IMG/VR virus record: IMGVR_UViG_3300037466_003572
Strand: one strand, 5' to 3'
Source: an uncultured virus (IMG/VR IMGVR_UViG_3300037466_003572)
Lineage: Duplodnaviria > Heunggongvirae > Uroviricota > Caudoviricetes
Length of the DNA: 64,000 nucleotides
Shown: positions 18,269-28,531 of the stretch, piece by piece
How the letters are laid out: every line of letters begins with the position of its first letter
Numbering within the stretch: position 1 is the stretch's first letter
The notes under the pieces: model-generated
The model's input: only the letters and a program-made list of their open reading frames with translations
What the model was told of the DNA's origin: nothing
The model's database searches: none
Made by a program: the position numbers and the translations under genes

Positions 18269-19270
18269 ATGAGTTACGCAGAAGAGTTTTTAAAAATGCT
18301 AAACGATTATCATGCCGGAAAAGAAATTTATGATGATGATTTAACGATTGAAATTTTGCAGCAGAGAATCGAAATGACAAAAAATCCGATGACGAAATAT
18401 CCACCACGCGATTTACCATATTTCAGTCCATCATCCGCATCCAGCATGGATTTAGAGCTTTATATGAAACTGCTTAAAAAACCAAAAGATGAAGATAACC
18501 ATCAAATTCATCAAAGACGATGGACGAAACTCGGTACAAAAGTGGGAGATCAAGTCCAGGAAGATATGCACTTTATAGAAAAACACGTAAAGAATGCACC
18601 ATTTCGTTTCATGCGTACAAAAGAAGGACATGCCGCATACGAAGAAGCAGTTAAAATCGCAAGAAAAATCACACACAAAGGTAAATCGTTTTATCTTTTT
18701 GGTAAACCGGACGGGATTCTGATTCATAGGCAAAATCAAGAACTCGTTGGTCTCGAAGTAAAGTCAAAAAGTACAACGTACTCAAAAACCGGCGATTATG
18801 CGATGAAAGAGGCAAGTGCCGATCATGTACTTCAATGCGTAGCATACAGCTTAATGTACTCGACGCCGGATAAACCGCTGAATAAATTTATCATCACGTA
18901 CTGGAATGTGACGAAAAAAGCGTGGAATATGACCGATGAAGAAATCGAAAAGTATCCGGACCTTCGAACATTCGACGTTACCGTAACAGATGAAATGCGT
19001 GAAGCATTATTAGATAAGTTTGTTAGCGTTTTAGAAGCGGCTGAAACCAGAAATAAGCCGGTAATCGATCTTAATAAGTTCACATTCTGCAACTTTAAAA
19101 CAGCCATCGCGAAAGAAATGACAGACGAAGAATTTGAAGACGTGAAACAACAAGCCAAAGAGATTCAAAAAACGAACCTTCCGCAATACAAGAAACAACC
19201 GATTCTCGATGCATTTTTTCAAATAAAAGAAATCAGAGACGCACACATGGAGGAGAAGAAAAATGACTAA
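18269..19270 (+). CDS. PD-(D/E)XK exonuclease (Cas4/RecB-like)
   Basis: FSPSS, GKPDG, LEVKSK, QCVAYS. Confidence 0.7.
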   Translation: MSYAEEFLKMLNDYHAGKEIYDDDLTIEILQQRIEMTKNPMTKYPPRDLPYFSPSSASSMDLELYMKLLKKPKDEDNHQIHQRRWTKLGTKVGDQVQEDMHFIEKHVKNAPFRFMRTKEGHAAYEEAVKIARKITHKGKSFYLFGKPDGILIHRQNQELVGLEVKSKSTTYSKTGDYAMKEASADHVLQCVAYSLMYSTPDKPLNKFIITYWNVTKKAWNMTDEEIEKYPDLRTFDVTVTDEMREALLDKFVSVLEAAETRNKPVIDLNKFTFCNFKTAIAKEMTDEEFEDVKQQAKEIQKTNLPQYKKQPILDAFFQIKEIRDAHMEEKKND

Positions 19271-19616
19271 AAAAATATCTTTCAAAATTGGCGGATGCAC
19301 TTACAAAATTAAAATGCAAAAAGACTTAGTTCGTAATATGAATCTTTTTGGAATGTGCAACACAGCAGACAATACCATCACGGTTGATTCAAATGTCAGC
19401 ATCGATCGCTTAGAACAAACGATTGTGCACGAGTTGCTTCATGCATTACTAACGGAATCCGGATATGTTCCAGATGAGCAAGAAGAAGAATTAGTCGAGC
19501 GTCTTGGGATTACGCTTCATCAGTTTTTACGCGAGAACTTTGCTTTATCGACTGTTTTAGACGACAAAGGGGTTTACGAAGCACGCTACGAGGAGAACGA
19601 AGATGAAGAGTTATAA
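19263..19616 (+). CDS. zinc metallopeptidase-like protein (ImmA/IrrE-like)
   Basis: TIVHELLHA HExxH with downstream EE. Confidence 0.7.
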   Translation: MTKKISFKIGGCTYKIKMQKDLVRNMNLFGMCNTADNTITVDSNVSIDRLEQTIVHELLHALLTESGYVPDEQEEELVERLGITLHQFLRENFALSTVLDDKGVYEARYEENEDEEL

Positions 19617-19974
19617 AATCACCGTTCCCGGCAGGGGAAAACCGAAGGAGAGACCTCGCCTTGTTAAAGGGCGAGTTATCACTCCGAAAACAACGCTTGA
19701 TTACGAGAAAAAGGTAAGAGAATGTGCAAAAGAGCAAAATCCCGGAATGACAATGATCGAAACAAAAAACATCTATTTTAAAATTGTTATTTATATGAAT
19801 AACAAAGTACACGGTGATATAGATAATTATATCAAAAGCGTACAAGACGGATTAAACGGTACAGCCTATAAAGACGATAAGCAAATCAAGCACATCGAAG
19901 GATTCTTATTCTACGATAAAGAAAATCCACGCGTCGAAATCGAAATCATTGAAAGGGATGATACCGGATGCTGA
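19603..19974 (+). CDS. rusA: RusA Holliday junction resolvase
   Basis: PKERPR, GDIDNYIKSVQDGLN, YKDDKQI, PRVEI. Confidence 0.9.
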   Translation: MKSYKITVPGRGKPKERPRLVKGRVITPKTTLDYEKKVRECAKEQNPGMTMIETKNIYFKIVIYMNNKVHGDIDNYIKSVQDGLNGTAYKDDKQIKHIEGFLFYDKENPRVEIEIIERDDTGC

Positions 19975-20160
19975 TAAAAAGTATTGTACTATTGTCGATT
20001 TACGCATTATGGAAAATGGTAAAATGCGGGGTTATTGCCTCGCAAGACCGTGAAGATGGTGGAGGATTCATCGCAGCATTTTGTTATTTTATTATTATCG
20101 CTATTATTATCGGAATTCCATTAATTACACTTATATCTTTTTTATAAAAATAGATATTTT

Positions 20161-20194
20161 TTGTAAATTTTAACGAGTTCGATTGTTATATATA
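20161..20194 (+). promoter_or_regulatory. phage-specific promoter-like motif, copy 3
   Basis: TTGTAAATT-N9-TCGATTGTTATATATA directly upstream of RNR alpha SD. Confidence 0.75.
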
Positions 20195-20219
20195 GTAGAA
20201 CCAATCAGGAGGAAATAGC

Positions 20220-22499
20220 ATGACGGTCATTTTAAAAGACAATGGAAGACGTAAACTTCCTTTTGAGTCAAAACGATTAATTAAATTCATTGAAAAAGCA
20301 GCATCTGATTATCAGCATCTTGATATCGATGAGTTTGTGAATAAAACAATTAAAACCATCTCCGCAAAAGATGAGTACGAAGCAGAAAATATTACAAATC
20401 TTTTAGTGTTAAATGCACTAGATTACGTTGGAGTTGATCCCGGGCAACACCCGGACTGGACGTACCTCGCATCAAGAATCTACTTAAACAGTTTATATAA
20501 AAAAGCAAGCAAAAGCCGCTGTTATGATTCAGCTAAAAAATATGGTGACTTTTATTCACTCTTAAAGCTACTAGGATCCAAAGGAATCTACTCTTCTAAT
20601 CTCCTAAGAGACTACACAAAAGAAGAAATTGATTTTCTATCAGAACACATCGAACCAGAAAAGGACAAGTTATTCACGTATATTGCAACAAGAACACTTG
20701 CTGACCGTTATCTTGCAACAGACCACGATAAAAACGTGTATGAACTGCCGCAAGAGCGATGGATGGTTATCGCGATGGAAATCATGCGAGAAGAATCAAC
20801 GGACCAACGATTACAGCTCGTTTTAGAATCGTACTGGGCGTTATCAAACCTTTATATGACGGTTGCAACCCCAACGCTCGCTAATGCCGGCAAATCATAC
20901 GGACAATTATCCTCATGCTTTATTGATACCGTCGATGACAGCTTACGCAGCATTTATGATTCAAATACTGATGTTGCCACATTAAGTAAAAACGGTGGCG
21001 GAATTGGCGTATATGCCGGGTTTATCAGATCACGTGGTTCCGATATTAAAGGATTTAAGAACGTCAGCAGCGGTACAACACCTTGGATTAAGCAGTTAAA
21101 TAACACCGGCGTCAGCGTCGATCAGCTGGGTACACGTGGTGGAGCGATCGCAATCTACCTTGATGTATTCCATAAAGATATATTTTCTTTCCTTGATTTA
21201 CGATTAAACAACGGGGATGAAAGATTACGTGCGCATGATATCTTCACAGGCGTTTGTATTCCGGATTTATTCATGGAACAAGTTGAAAAACGCGGTGAGT
21301 GGTACCTGTTTGATCCTCATGAAGTAAAACAATTAATGGGTTATTACCTGCAAGATTTCTACGATGAAGAAATCGGCAGCGGAACATTCCGTGATAAATA
21401 TTACGAATGTGTAAATCATCCATTGCTATCTCGTGAACGTGTTAACGCAATCGACATCATGAAAGCAATCATGAAATCACAACTTGAAACTGGTACGCCT
21501 TATATGTTCTACCGCGATGAAGTAAACAGAATGAATCCAAATAATCATGCCGGAATCATCTACTGCTCGAACTTATGTAGCGAGATAACCCAAAATCAAA
21601 ATCCGACAATGGTCGTTGAAGAAAAGTTAACTGAAAATGACGAGTTCATCGTTATCTACAAAAAACCAGGTGATTTTGTCGTATGTAATCTATCAAGCAT
21701 CACACTAGCAAGAGCGTATGACGTACTGGAGAGACTGATTCCGATTCAAGTTCGTATGCTTGATAACGTAATTGATTTAAACCGCGATAGACTAGAAGTG
21801 CTTCAAGCAGTCGCAACAAACCGGAAATATCGCGCTATTGGGCTTGGTCAAAGCGATCTTCACCACTTACTAGCGATTAAAGGAATCAAATGGGAAAGCG
21901 AAGAAGCAGTTCAGTTTAATGACGATTTATACGAAAGAATCGCTTATCTAACAATCGAATCATCAATGAAACTAGCTATCGAAAAGGGCGCATATCCAGC
22001 ATTTGTTGGTTCGGATTGGCAGACCGGTAAGTATTTCGAAAAACGTGGTTATGAAACTAATAAGTGGAAAGATTTATCACTTATGGTGCAAGCGAACGGA
22101 ATACGAAATTCCTACCTTATGGCTACGGCTCCAACGGGCACCACAAGTATCATCAGCGGTGCAACAGCTGGAATCGACCCAATATTCAAGCGCGTGTATT
22201 CCGAAGAGAAAAAAAATTACAAGATTCCGGTAACAGCTCCGGACTTAAGTTCAAAGACTTTTTGGTTTTATAAAAATGCGTATGAGCTAGACCAGCACTG
22301 GAGTATCGCACAAAACGCAGCACGTCAAAAACATGTGGACCAATCGATCAGCTTTAACTTGTACGTCAAGAGCGACATTAAAGCAAAAGATCTGCTTGCG
22401 CTTCACATGGATGCATGGAAATCACGTCTAAAGACGACGTATTACGTCAGGTCAACATCATTAGACGAGCTCGCTGATTGCGAAAGTTGCTCCGCGTAA
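20220..22499 (+). CDS. nrdA: class I ribonucleotide reductase alpha subunit
   Basis: ATPTLANAG, LSSCF, SNLCSEI, VCNLSS, APTGTTS, TYY, C-terminal CESC. Confidence 0.95.
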   Translation: MTVILKDNGRRKLPFESKRLIKFIEKAASDYQHLDIDEFVNKTIKTISAKDEYEAENITNLLVLNALDYVGVDPGQHPDWTYLASRIYLNSLYKKASKSRCYDSAKKYGDFYSLLKLLGSKGIYSSNLLRDYTKEEIDFLSEHIEPEKDKLFTYIATRTLADRYLATDHDKNVYELPQERWMVIAMEIMREESTDQRLQLVLESYWALSNLYMTVATPTLANAGKSYGQLSSCFIDTVDDSLRSIYDSNTDVATLSKNGGGIGVYAGFIRSRGSDIKGFKNVSSGTTPWIKQLNNTGVSVDQLGTRGGAIAIYLDVFHKDIFSFLDLRLNNGDERLRAHDIFTGVCIPDLFMEQVEKRGEWYLFDPHEVKQLMGYYLQDFYDEEIGSGTFRDKYYECVNHPLLSRERVNAIDIMKAIMKSQLETGTPYMFYRDEVNRMNPNNHAGIIYCSNLCSEITQNQNPTMVVEEKLTENDEFIVIYKKPGDFVVCNLSSITLARAYDVLERLIPIQVRMLDNVIDLNRDRLEVLQAVATNRKYRAIGLGQSDLHHLLAIKGIKWESEEAVQFNDDLYERIAYLTIESSMKLAIEKGAYPAFVGSDWQTGKYFEKRGYETNKWKDLSLMVQANGIRNSYLMATAPTGTTSIISGATAGIDPIFKRVYSEEKKNYKIPVTAPDLSSKTFWFYKNAYELDQHWSIAQNAARQKHVDQSISFNLYVKSDIKAKDLLALHMDAWKSRLKTTYYVRSTSLDELADCESCSA

Positions 22500-22575
22500 T
22501 ATGTACGACTGATAGTAACGGGACCGGATTTCTCCGGTTCCCACACTATTAGTATATGAAATTAGGAGTGGGATT

Positions 22576-22818
22576 ATGAGCTACTTAACACAAAAAGCAA
22601 AGTATTACATCGAAACGAATCATGGAATTGCGTTATCACCGGAGAGTATTCAAGCAATCGAATACGTGGAAAAAGCAACAAAAGATTTAATCTATGAAGC
22701 TACTGATTATGAAAAAGTAAAATATTTCAACGAACTTAGACTTTGGGCAGTTCGAAACGGGAAGGACGAAATACTAGAACTTATTGAACGCCTGAAACAA
22801 GGAGAGAGCATCAGATGA
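22576..22818 (+). CDS. hypothetical protein between RNR subunits
   Basis: AGGAG SD, overlaps nrdB start. Confidence 0.65.
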   Translation: MSYLTQKAKYYIETNHGIALSPESIQAIEYVEKATKDLIYEATDYEKVKYFNELRLWAVRNGKDEILELIERLKQGESIR

Positions 22819-23843
22819 AAAAGAGAAAGTTATATGATACTACTGCACCAAACGTATCTACTAAAATTATAAATGGACGTTCTAGTAACGTATTGAATTG
22901 GGATCAAACAAGGTTAGATTTCGCTTACCCGCTATATAAGATTATGCTCGGTAACTTCTGGATAGCATCTGAAATTAATATGACAACCGACGTAAAGAAC
23001 TGGAAAAAAGATTTAACTCCGGATGAAAGAGAATCTTTCAAAAAGATTATTGGATTACTTGCATTTTTAGATTCAGTACAAACCGATTTTGTTGGACGAG
23101 TTGCAGATTACGTAACTGACTCCAGTATCGTTGCACTCTTACAAGTAATCGGATTCCAAGAAGTAATTCATAACGAATCATACTCGTACGTGTTATCTTC
23201 ACTGGTACCAAAACACGAACAAGACGAGATATTCGATTACTGGCGTCATGACAAGGTTTTACTCGAGCGAAATCAATTTATTGCTGACGGGTACGAGGAG
23301 TTTACAAATAATCCATCACCGGATTCATTCCGTAAAGCGTTAGTATACGACGTCATTCTCGAAGGATTATTTTTCTACAGCGCATTCGCTTTCTTTTACA
23401 ACTTAGCACGAAATCAAAAAATGGTATCAACGAGTACAATGTTATCTTATATTAATCGCGACGAGCAGCATCACGTAAGACTATTTGCGAATGTTTACAA
23501 GACACTTCTTGAAGATTATCCGGAACTTGATACGGATGCTAATCGAGCGTGGGCAACCGAAACATTCCGCAAAGCAGCAGCACTCGAAGCTAAATGGGGT
23601 AAATATATTATCGGAAATCGCTTTGAAGGAATCGATGAAGATTCACTCCAAGAGTATATCGAGTTCATGGCGAATAAACGGGCGAATGAAATGGGACTGG
23701 ACAAACCGTTTGAGCACCGGAATAACCCATTCAAATGGATTACCGCGTATGAAAACGCAAATGCATCGAAATCCGACTTCTTTGAACAAAAACCACGAAG
23801 CTATGCGAAAGTATCCGAAGACAATGGATTTGATGACCTTTAA
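22815..23843 (+). CDS. nrdB: class I ribonucleotide reductase beta subunit
   Basis: FLDSVQ, EVIHNESY, LEGLFFYSAF, RDEQHH, DFFE. Confidence 0.95.
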   Translation: MKKRKLYDTTAPNVSTKIINGRSSNVLNWDQTRLDFAYPLYKIMLGNFWIASEINMTTDVKNWKKDLTPDERESFKKIIGLLAFLDSVQTDFVGRVADYVTDSSIVALLQVIGFQEVIHNESYSYVLSSLVPKHEQDEIFDYWRHDKVLLERNQFIADGYEEFTNNPSPDSFRKALVYDVILEGLFFYSAFAFFYNLARNQKMVSTSTMLSYINRDEQHHVRLFANVYKTLLEDYPELDTDANRAWATETFRKAAALEAKWGKYIIGNRFEGIDEDSLQEYIEFMANKRANEMGLDKPFEHRNNPFKWITAYENANASKSDFFEQKPRSYAKVSEDNGFDDL

Positions 23844-23855
23844 GGAGAGAGAAAA

Positions 23856-24095
23856 ATGACATTCAGCGAAGCATTAGAAGAGTTGAAATCAGGAAAGAAA
23901 ATTAAACGAGCACATTGGTGTGGTTATTGGTTTATTGACGACAAAGTAGTTATTTCAGAAGATAATGAAAGCATAGATTCTCCAATGTTTGAGGCTAAAA
24001 TGATTATCGCTAAATTAAAAGATAATGCTGGTTTTGCCCCTGCACAAGCGTACCAAAACGATTTGCTAAGCGAAGACTGGGAAGTGGTTGAGTGA
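23856..24095 (+). CDS. DUF2829 / Tad2-like protein
   Basis: MTFSEALEELKSGKKIKRAHW...QNDLLSEDWEVVE. Confidence 0.75.
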   Translation: MTFSEALEELKSGKKIKRAHWCGYWFIDDKVVISEDNESIDSPMFEAKMIIAKLKDNAGFAPAQAYQNDLLSEDWEVVE

Positions 24096-24493
24096 GCGGA
24101 CTTCAAAAAGAACTCGAACGAATTAAAACGCTGGTTAAACCGCTAAAAATGAGAGTTTTATTCGGAGAACATTTCTCGCTGGCGATTATCTGTACAAGCG
24201 AAGAAGAACGAGTTTATTTAAGTCATAACTTACCAGATTACGAAGATGAAATATTCTACGATGTATTAAACATCAACAATAAAAACAGCTTTCCACCGGC
24301 AGTATACATTCCGTATAACGCCATTATATTCACACTGCAAGCACAAGAAGATTTATTTTACAGCGTAATAGATGATTACTTTAAAAATAAAAATGGACAA
24401 ATCATCACATCACTTCAAGAAATATTTGACCTAATGGACCATGATGACTACACCATTCTAGGAGGATTTAAGAATGTTACCGGAGAACAATAA
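24092..24493 (+). CDS. hypothetical protein
   Basis: ORF coupled to neighbours. Confidence 0.65.
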   Translation: MSGLQKELERIKTLVKPLKMRVLFGEHFSLAIICTSEEERVYLSHNLPDYEDEIFYDVLNINNKNSFPPAVYIPYNAIIFTLQAQEDLFYSVIDDYFKNKNGQIITSLQEIFDLMDHDDYTILGGFKNVTGEQ

Positions 24494-24725
24494 AGAATTT
24501 TTCATTCAACCTAAATCAAGCAGACAAATTAAGCGTGAGTTTAAAAGTTGGTTTTTCAAACAACACACAAAATCACTTACAGATGCCATCATTAACAGCG
24601 ACGAAACAATCATTGCCAATCGCAAAATGGCACGAAGAATGGCACGTTACCAAATTAGACAACGTTTAATCGAGCAGCACAGAACTAGCAAAAAAGATAG
24701 AACGTCAGAAAATAAAGAGCAATAA
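24474..24725 (+). CDS. basic hypothetical protein
   Basis: AGGAGG SD. Confidence 0.6.
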   Translation: MLPENNKEFFIQPKSSRQIKREFKSWFFKQHTKSLTDAIINSDETIIANRKMARRMARYQIRQRLIEQHRTSKKDRTSENKEQ

Positions 24726-24789
24726 AAAAAGCAGGAATCCCTAAACAGATAAAAATATCTTTCAAAATAACACCTCGGAGGTATTTATT

Positions 24790-25008
24790 ATGAATAAAGA
24801 AATCGAAAACCGTTTTACTTTTCATAAAGCGACAGAATCGCAAGGAGAAAAGTACACAACGATAAGAGGATCAGCAAAAGAACTCGCCCTCCTTTTAAAT
24901 GAATTATGTCCAAACTCTCGTGAATTATCCGTAGCGCTAACAAAACTTGATGAAGTAGTTATGTGGGCAAATGCAGCGATAGCAAGAAATGGTGAACGTG
25001 ATGAATAG
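24790..25008 (+). CDS. Acb2/Tad1-like helical hairpin protein
   Basis: IENRFTFH...LCPNSRELSVALTKLDEVVMWANAAIARN; GGAGGT SD. Confidence 0.7.
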   Translation: MNKEIENRFTFHKATESQGEKYTTIRGSAKELALLLNELCPNSRELSVALTKLDEVVMWANAAIARNGERDE

Positions 25009-25158
25009 CATCGGCAAAATCGTTATCTTGCTCGGTGCATCCATTTTAGCGGTAGATTATCTTGATAAACGAAAAAAACAAAAAGAATTTGAAGAATATC
25101 TCCGGGTAATAAACGCATCAGAAAAAACAAAAATCGGGTTTAAAAACGACTAGGAGAG

Positions 25159-25908
25159 ATGACGATGATCGAGAAAAATCCATCATACAAAGAATATCAA
25201 ATGCCGGTTTGGAAATGGTTTCAAGATAAAGGTTTCAACGTACTAGCGGACAAGCATCAATATGCTTATGCACAAAGTTTACTAGCAAGCCCGGACGTTA
25301 TACAAGCTGTGTTCTGCGAGGCAGCGGCAGGAACAGGGAAAACAACGTTAGCTTTGCTTGCCGGAGCATACGAAGTAGAAATGGGAAATTACGATAAAAT
25401 AATTTATGTCAGAAATTACACACCAATTAGGGACCAAGGTTTCCTCCCAGGCTCATTAGAAGAAAAATCACTTCCGCTTTATGCGCCGGCAATTGATGCC
25501 CTTGAACACGTTCAGCCGGGATATTACGAAAGATATTCAGTAGTCAATCCCGTAACCAAACAACAACCGAAAATTGTTTGTACAACAACGGCATTCACTC
25601 GCGGTATTACGTGGAATAACAGTTTTATAGTCATCGATGAAGCACAGAGCTTCGATCTCGAGGAATTACAGGCAGTATACACGCGTGCAAGCGATTCGTG
25701 TAAGATCATCACAACCGGTTCCCTAAGACAAATTGATAATAAAAAATTACGTCGTTACGGCGGATTAACACCGTTTGAAGTATATATGGAGCATTTCCGG
25801 GGAACAAACGTCACTTTCCACAAGCTGCTTACTAATTACCGCGGATGGTTCAGTAATCACTCGGATAACGTAATGGAAACGATAAAAGCGCTACAAGGTG
25901 ATAAGTAA
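25159..25908 (+). CDS. phoH: PhoH-family ATPase
   Basis: AGTGKT, GFLPGSLEEK, RGITW, IVIDEAQ, QID. Confidence 0.9.
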   Translation: MTMIEKNPSYKEYQMPVWKWFQDKGFNVLADKHQYAYAQSLLASPDVIQAVFCEAAAGTGKTTLALLAGAYEVEMGNYDKIIYVRNYTPIRDQGFLPGSLEEKSLPLYAPAIDALEHVQPGYYERYSVVNPVTKQQPKIVCTTTAFTRGITWNNSFIVIDEAQSFDLEELQAVYTRASDSCKIITTGSLRQIDNKKLRRYGGLTPFEVYMEHFRGTNVTFHKLLTNYRGWFSNHSDNVMETIKALQGDK

Positions 25909-26105
25909 TGATTCTCATAATAATCGGATTAAGTTGCGTGGTATTTTCACAATTATTCTTTAATTACTATATTGCCAAAATAGCAACAATGCAAAAAGAT
26001 AAAATTGAAAAATTATCACACGATTTAAAAGTGTACGAAGTGGAACGCCGTGTATTAGCAAACGATATTAAGCTATTAAAAGATCTAGTTCGGAGAGTTC
26101 GATAA
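25908..26105 (+). CDS. small membrane-anchored hypothetical protein
   Basis: N-terminal hydrophobic stretch, coupled ORF. Confidence 0.6.
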   Translation: MILIIIGLSCVVFSQLFFNYYIAKIATMQKDKIEKLSHDLKVYEVERRVLANDIKLLKDLVRRVR

Positions 26106-26488
26106 TGAAGATATTCGACGAGCTGGAAAAAGTTTATAAAGCAAACCGGATCGAACGTTTATTCGACGGTCATCCGGTTATCGCTTTAGTCGTATTTGAA
26201 ACAGCTTATGAAAAATATGAGTTTGATTATCTATTATATCAAAATCAAAAAAGTAAGTACGAAAGTCGTCAAAAAATAAAAGAAGATTTTATCGTAATGC
26301 CCGTTATGGTAAACAAACAAGTACGAGGAATCAGATGGGGTCAATACCGACCGAATGCAGTAGTATTTGTAAATGATGCAAGACAATACGCAAGAGCAAC
26401 GTGGTTAGATTTTGAATTAACATCGGCGCTGGCGCAATACGCTAGCGGCTATCACTTAATAAGGACTGATGACGATGAACAAGAATGA
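26105..26488 (+). CDS. hypothetical protein
   Basis: coupled ORF. Confidence 0.65.
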   Translation: MKIFDELEKVYKANRIERLFDGHPVIALVVFETAYEKYEFDYLLYQNQKSKYESRQKIKEDFIVMPVMVNKQVRGIRWGQYRPNAVVFVNDARQYARATWLDFELTSALAQYASGYHLIRTDDDEQE

Positions 26489-27089
26489 TGAATTAATTAT
26501 AGTAGTTCCAAGAGTTGAGTTATTCAATAATGAAAAAGACGTCTTCCAAGGATTATTCAACGAAGAGTACATGACAGAAATATTTAAACTAAGAATCAAT
26601 TTAAACATGGAAATTATGCGACGTGGCGATGCCGAGAAAAATGAGTGTTTCAAACAACCGATACCATACGCGATTATCAAACGTGGACAAGAAATATTCG
26701 TTTACAAACGTCTATCCGGCGGCGGCGAGTCCAGACTTCACGATAAGTTATCAATCGGTGCTGGCGGTCACATGAATTTCGTGGAAGATGCGAAAGACTT
26801 TAATGAAATACTTGATGAAAATTTATACCGAGAATTAACAGAAGAACTTGATATTAACGGAGAATACGAAATAAAAGTTGCCGGACTCATTAACGATGAT
26901 GAAAATGAGGTTGGACGCGTTCATATCGGATTACTTGTTATTATCGAGCTAGACGAAAACGGCAGTGTCGAAGTACGCGAGACCGAACAACTCGAAGGAC
27001 TTTGGATGACAAAACAACAGTTACTCGAAGAAGAAACGTTTGCAAAACTCGAAAGCTGGTCACAAATCGCAACAAAGTCGGTGCTTTAA
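26469..27089 (+). CDS. NUDIX-family phosphoesterase
   Basis: FKQPIPY, GESRLHDKLSIGAGGH, RELTEEL, VGRVHIG. Confidence 0.8.
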   Translation: MTMNKNDELIIVVPRVELFNNEKDVFQGLFNEEYMTEIFKLRINLNMEIMRRGDAEKNECFKQPIPYAIIKRGQEIFVYKRLSGGGESRLHDKLSIGAGGHMNFVEDAKDFNEILDENLYRELTEELDINGEYEIKVAGLINDDENEVGRVHIGLLVIIELDENGSVEVRETEQLEGLWMTKQQLLEEETFAKLESWSQIATKSVL

Positions 27090-27090
27090 T

Positions 27091-27282
27091 ATGACCGGGA
27101 CGATCATCATCAAACTAACCGAAGGTGACAGCGTTCAGATTATCGCAACGAAAACAGAATATGAATGGTACTGTAATATGCTAAAGCAATCAAACGGAAT
27201 TAAAATAGACAACGACGGAATTGAAATGTTTATACCCTATACTTCTATCAAACTAATAAAGTTCGTACGAGGAGTGAAGTAG
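27091..27282 (+). CDS. hypothetical protein
   Basis: ATG directly after previous stop. Confidence 0.55.
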   Translation: MTGTIIIKLTEGDSVQIIATKTEYEWYCNMLKQSNGIKIDNDGIEMFIPYTSIKLIKFVRGVK

Positions 27283-27423
27283 CAATGGAATCTTGCAATC
27301 ATGAACTCACCACGTTTTACACAAGTGAAGGCGAATACGTTCGCTGCATCAAATGTAATGAAGTATTTATAGCAAATCCATATCTTCGAAATAAATTTAA
27401 GAAATTGCATGAGGTGAAGAAAG

Positions 27424-28056
27424 ATGTTAATTGTAAAACAAAAAGCTGAGTTTTTATGGGCAACTCCAAATATTGCTGAAACTATCGAAGCTGCCACCAG
27501 GACGTGCTACAAATCTGAAGATAAAATAAAGCCCGGTTCCGCTGAAAAATTATACAACCAAGTAGTCAAACAATCCCACCACGACAGTGTTAGCGAACAC
27601 GCCATTATATCACTAAGGATAACAACAGACCGGGCAACACTTGCGCAGTTCACGCGTCACAGATTATTCTCCTACAGCGTGGAATCGCAAAGATACGTGA
27701 ATTACGCAAAAGAGAAGTTCGGAAACGAAATACAAGTCATCCAGCCGTTTAATATTCCGGATAAAACAGAGGTATTTGAAATATGGAGAGAGGCGATGAT
27801 GGACGCAGAAAAATCGTATTTTGCTCTTATCAACCGCAAGGTCAATCCGGAAACAGCTCGGATGGTACTCCCAAACTCAACAAAAGTGGAATTCGTTGTA
27901 ACCGGGAATGTACGAGTATGGCGCAACTTCTTTAGTCTTCGTATGGGATCGCACGCACAAGCGGATATTCGCGATTTAGCAAATAAAATCTATCAGCAAA
28001 TGTTAAATAACAATATACCATCGTTTTTATTCGATGATATTATCGGGGGGCACTAA
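27424..28056 (+). CDS. thyX: FAD-dependent thymidylate synthase
   Basis: RHR-x7-S motif (RHRLFSYSVESQRY), HDSVSEH, ARMVLP, HAQADIR. Confidence 0.95.
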   Translation: MLIVKQKAEFLWATPNIAETIEAATRTCYKSEDKIKPGSAEKLYNQVVKQSHHDSVSEHAIISLRITTDRATLAQFTRHRLFSYSVESQRYVNYAKEKFGNEIQVIQPFNIPDKTEVFEIWREAMMDAEKSYFALINRKVNPETARMVLPNSTKVEFVVTGNVRVWRNFFSLRMGSHAQADIRDLANKIYQQMLNNNIPSFLFDDIIGGH

Positions 28057-28239
28057 ATGAGAAATTATTTCAAATGGTTATTCAATAAAAGAGTATTTTA
28101 TTCCTGGTCGTTTTTCACAGTATTCACCATAGGTGATTTAATTTTTAAAGACGATCCAACAAATGATTTATGCGTATTAATCGGGATTACGCTAGCAACA
28201 GTTTATTTCTATGCCGAGGAGAAGAAAAAGAATGATTAA
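28057..28239 (+). CDS. small membrane protein
   Basis: two hydrophobic segments, coupled ORF. Confidence 0.55.
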   Translation: MRNYFKWLFNKRVFYSWSFFTVFTIGDLIFKDDPTNDLCVLIGITLATVYFYAEEKKKND

Positions 28240-28531
28240 TTTTTTATTAAACTTATTACCGTCGATCGCCGGGATACTGCTCGGCATCTGCTACGTACCT
28301 CAAATCGTTACTACGATTAAAACAAAAGATGTTTCCGGAATGAACTTATGGTTTTGGATTATCTTAGTTATCGCGCTTTTAATGCTTACAACAAACGCAT
28401 TCGTTATTTTCTTAAGTACCAGTGTTTGGGGATATTTTTTGACGGAGTGCTTTAATTCCGGATTAGCAATCGTCATGTTAACTTTAGTAATTAAATATAG
28501 AAAACGACAAAAGAAAGCGAAGATTAAGTAA
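28232..28531 (+). CDS. PQ-loop / SemiSWEET-like membrane protein
   Basis: YVPQIVTTIKTKDVSG, three TM segments. Confidence 0.8.
   Translation: MINFLLNLLPSIAGILLGICYVPQIVTTIKTKDVSGMNLWFWIILVIALLMLTTNAFVIFLSTSVWGYFLTECFNSGLAIVMLTLVIKYRKRQKKAKIK

Noticed and set aside
14947..23843. Introns or inteins in polA, nrdA or nrdB
   Set aside because: ORFs are continuous with normal lengths and motif spacing.
5964..24770. Recurring AAAAATATYTTTCAAAA-like strings (5964, 12431, 19271, 24751)
   Set aside because: Low complexity in an AT-rich genome and one copy is coding; cannot be separated from chance by eye.
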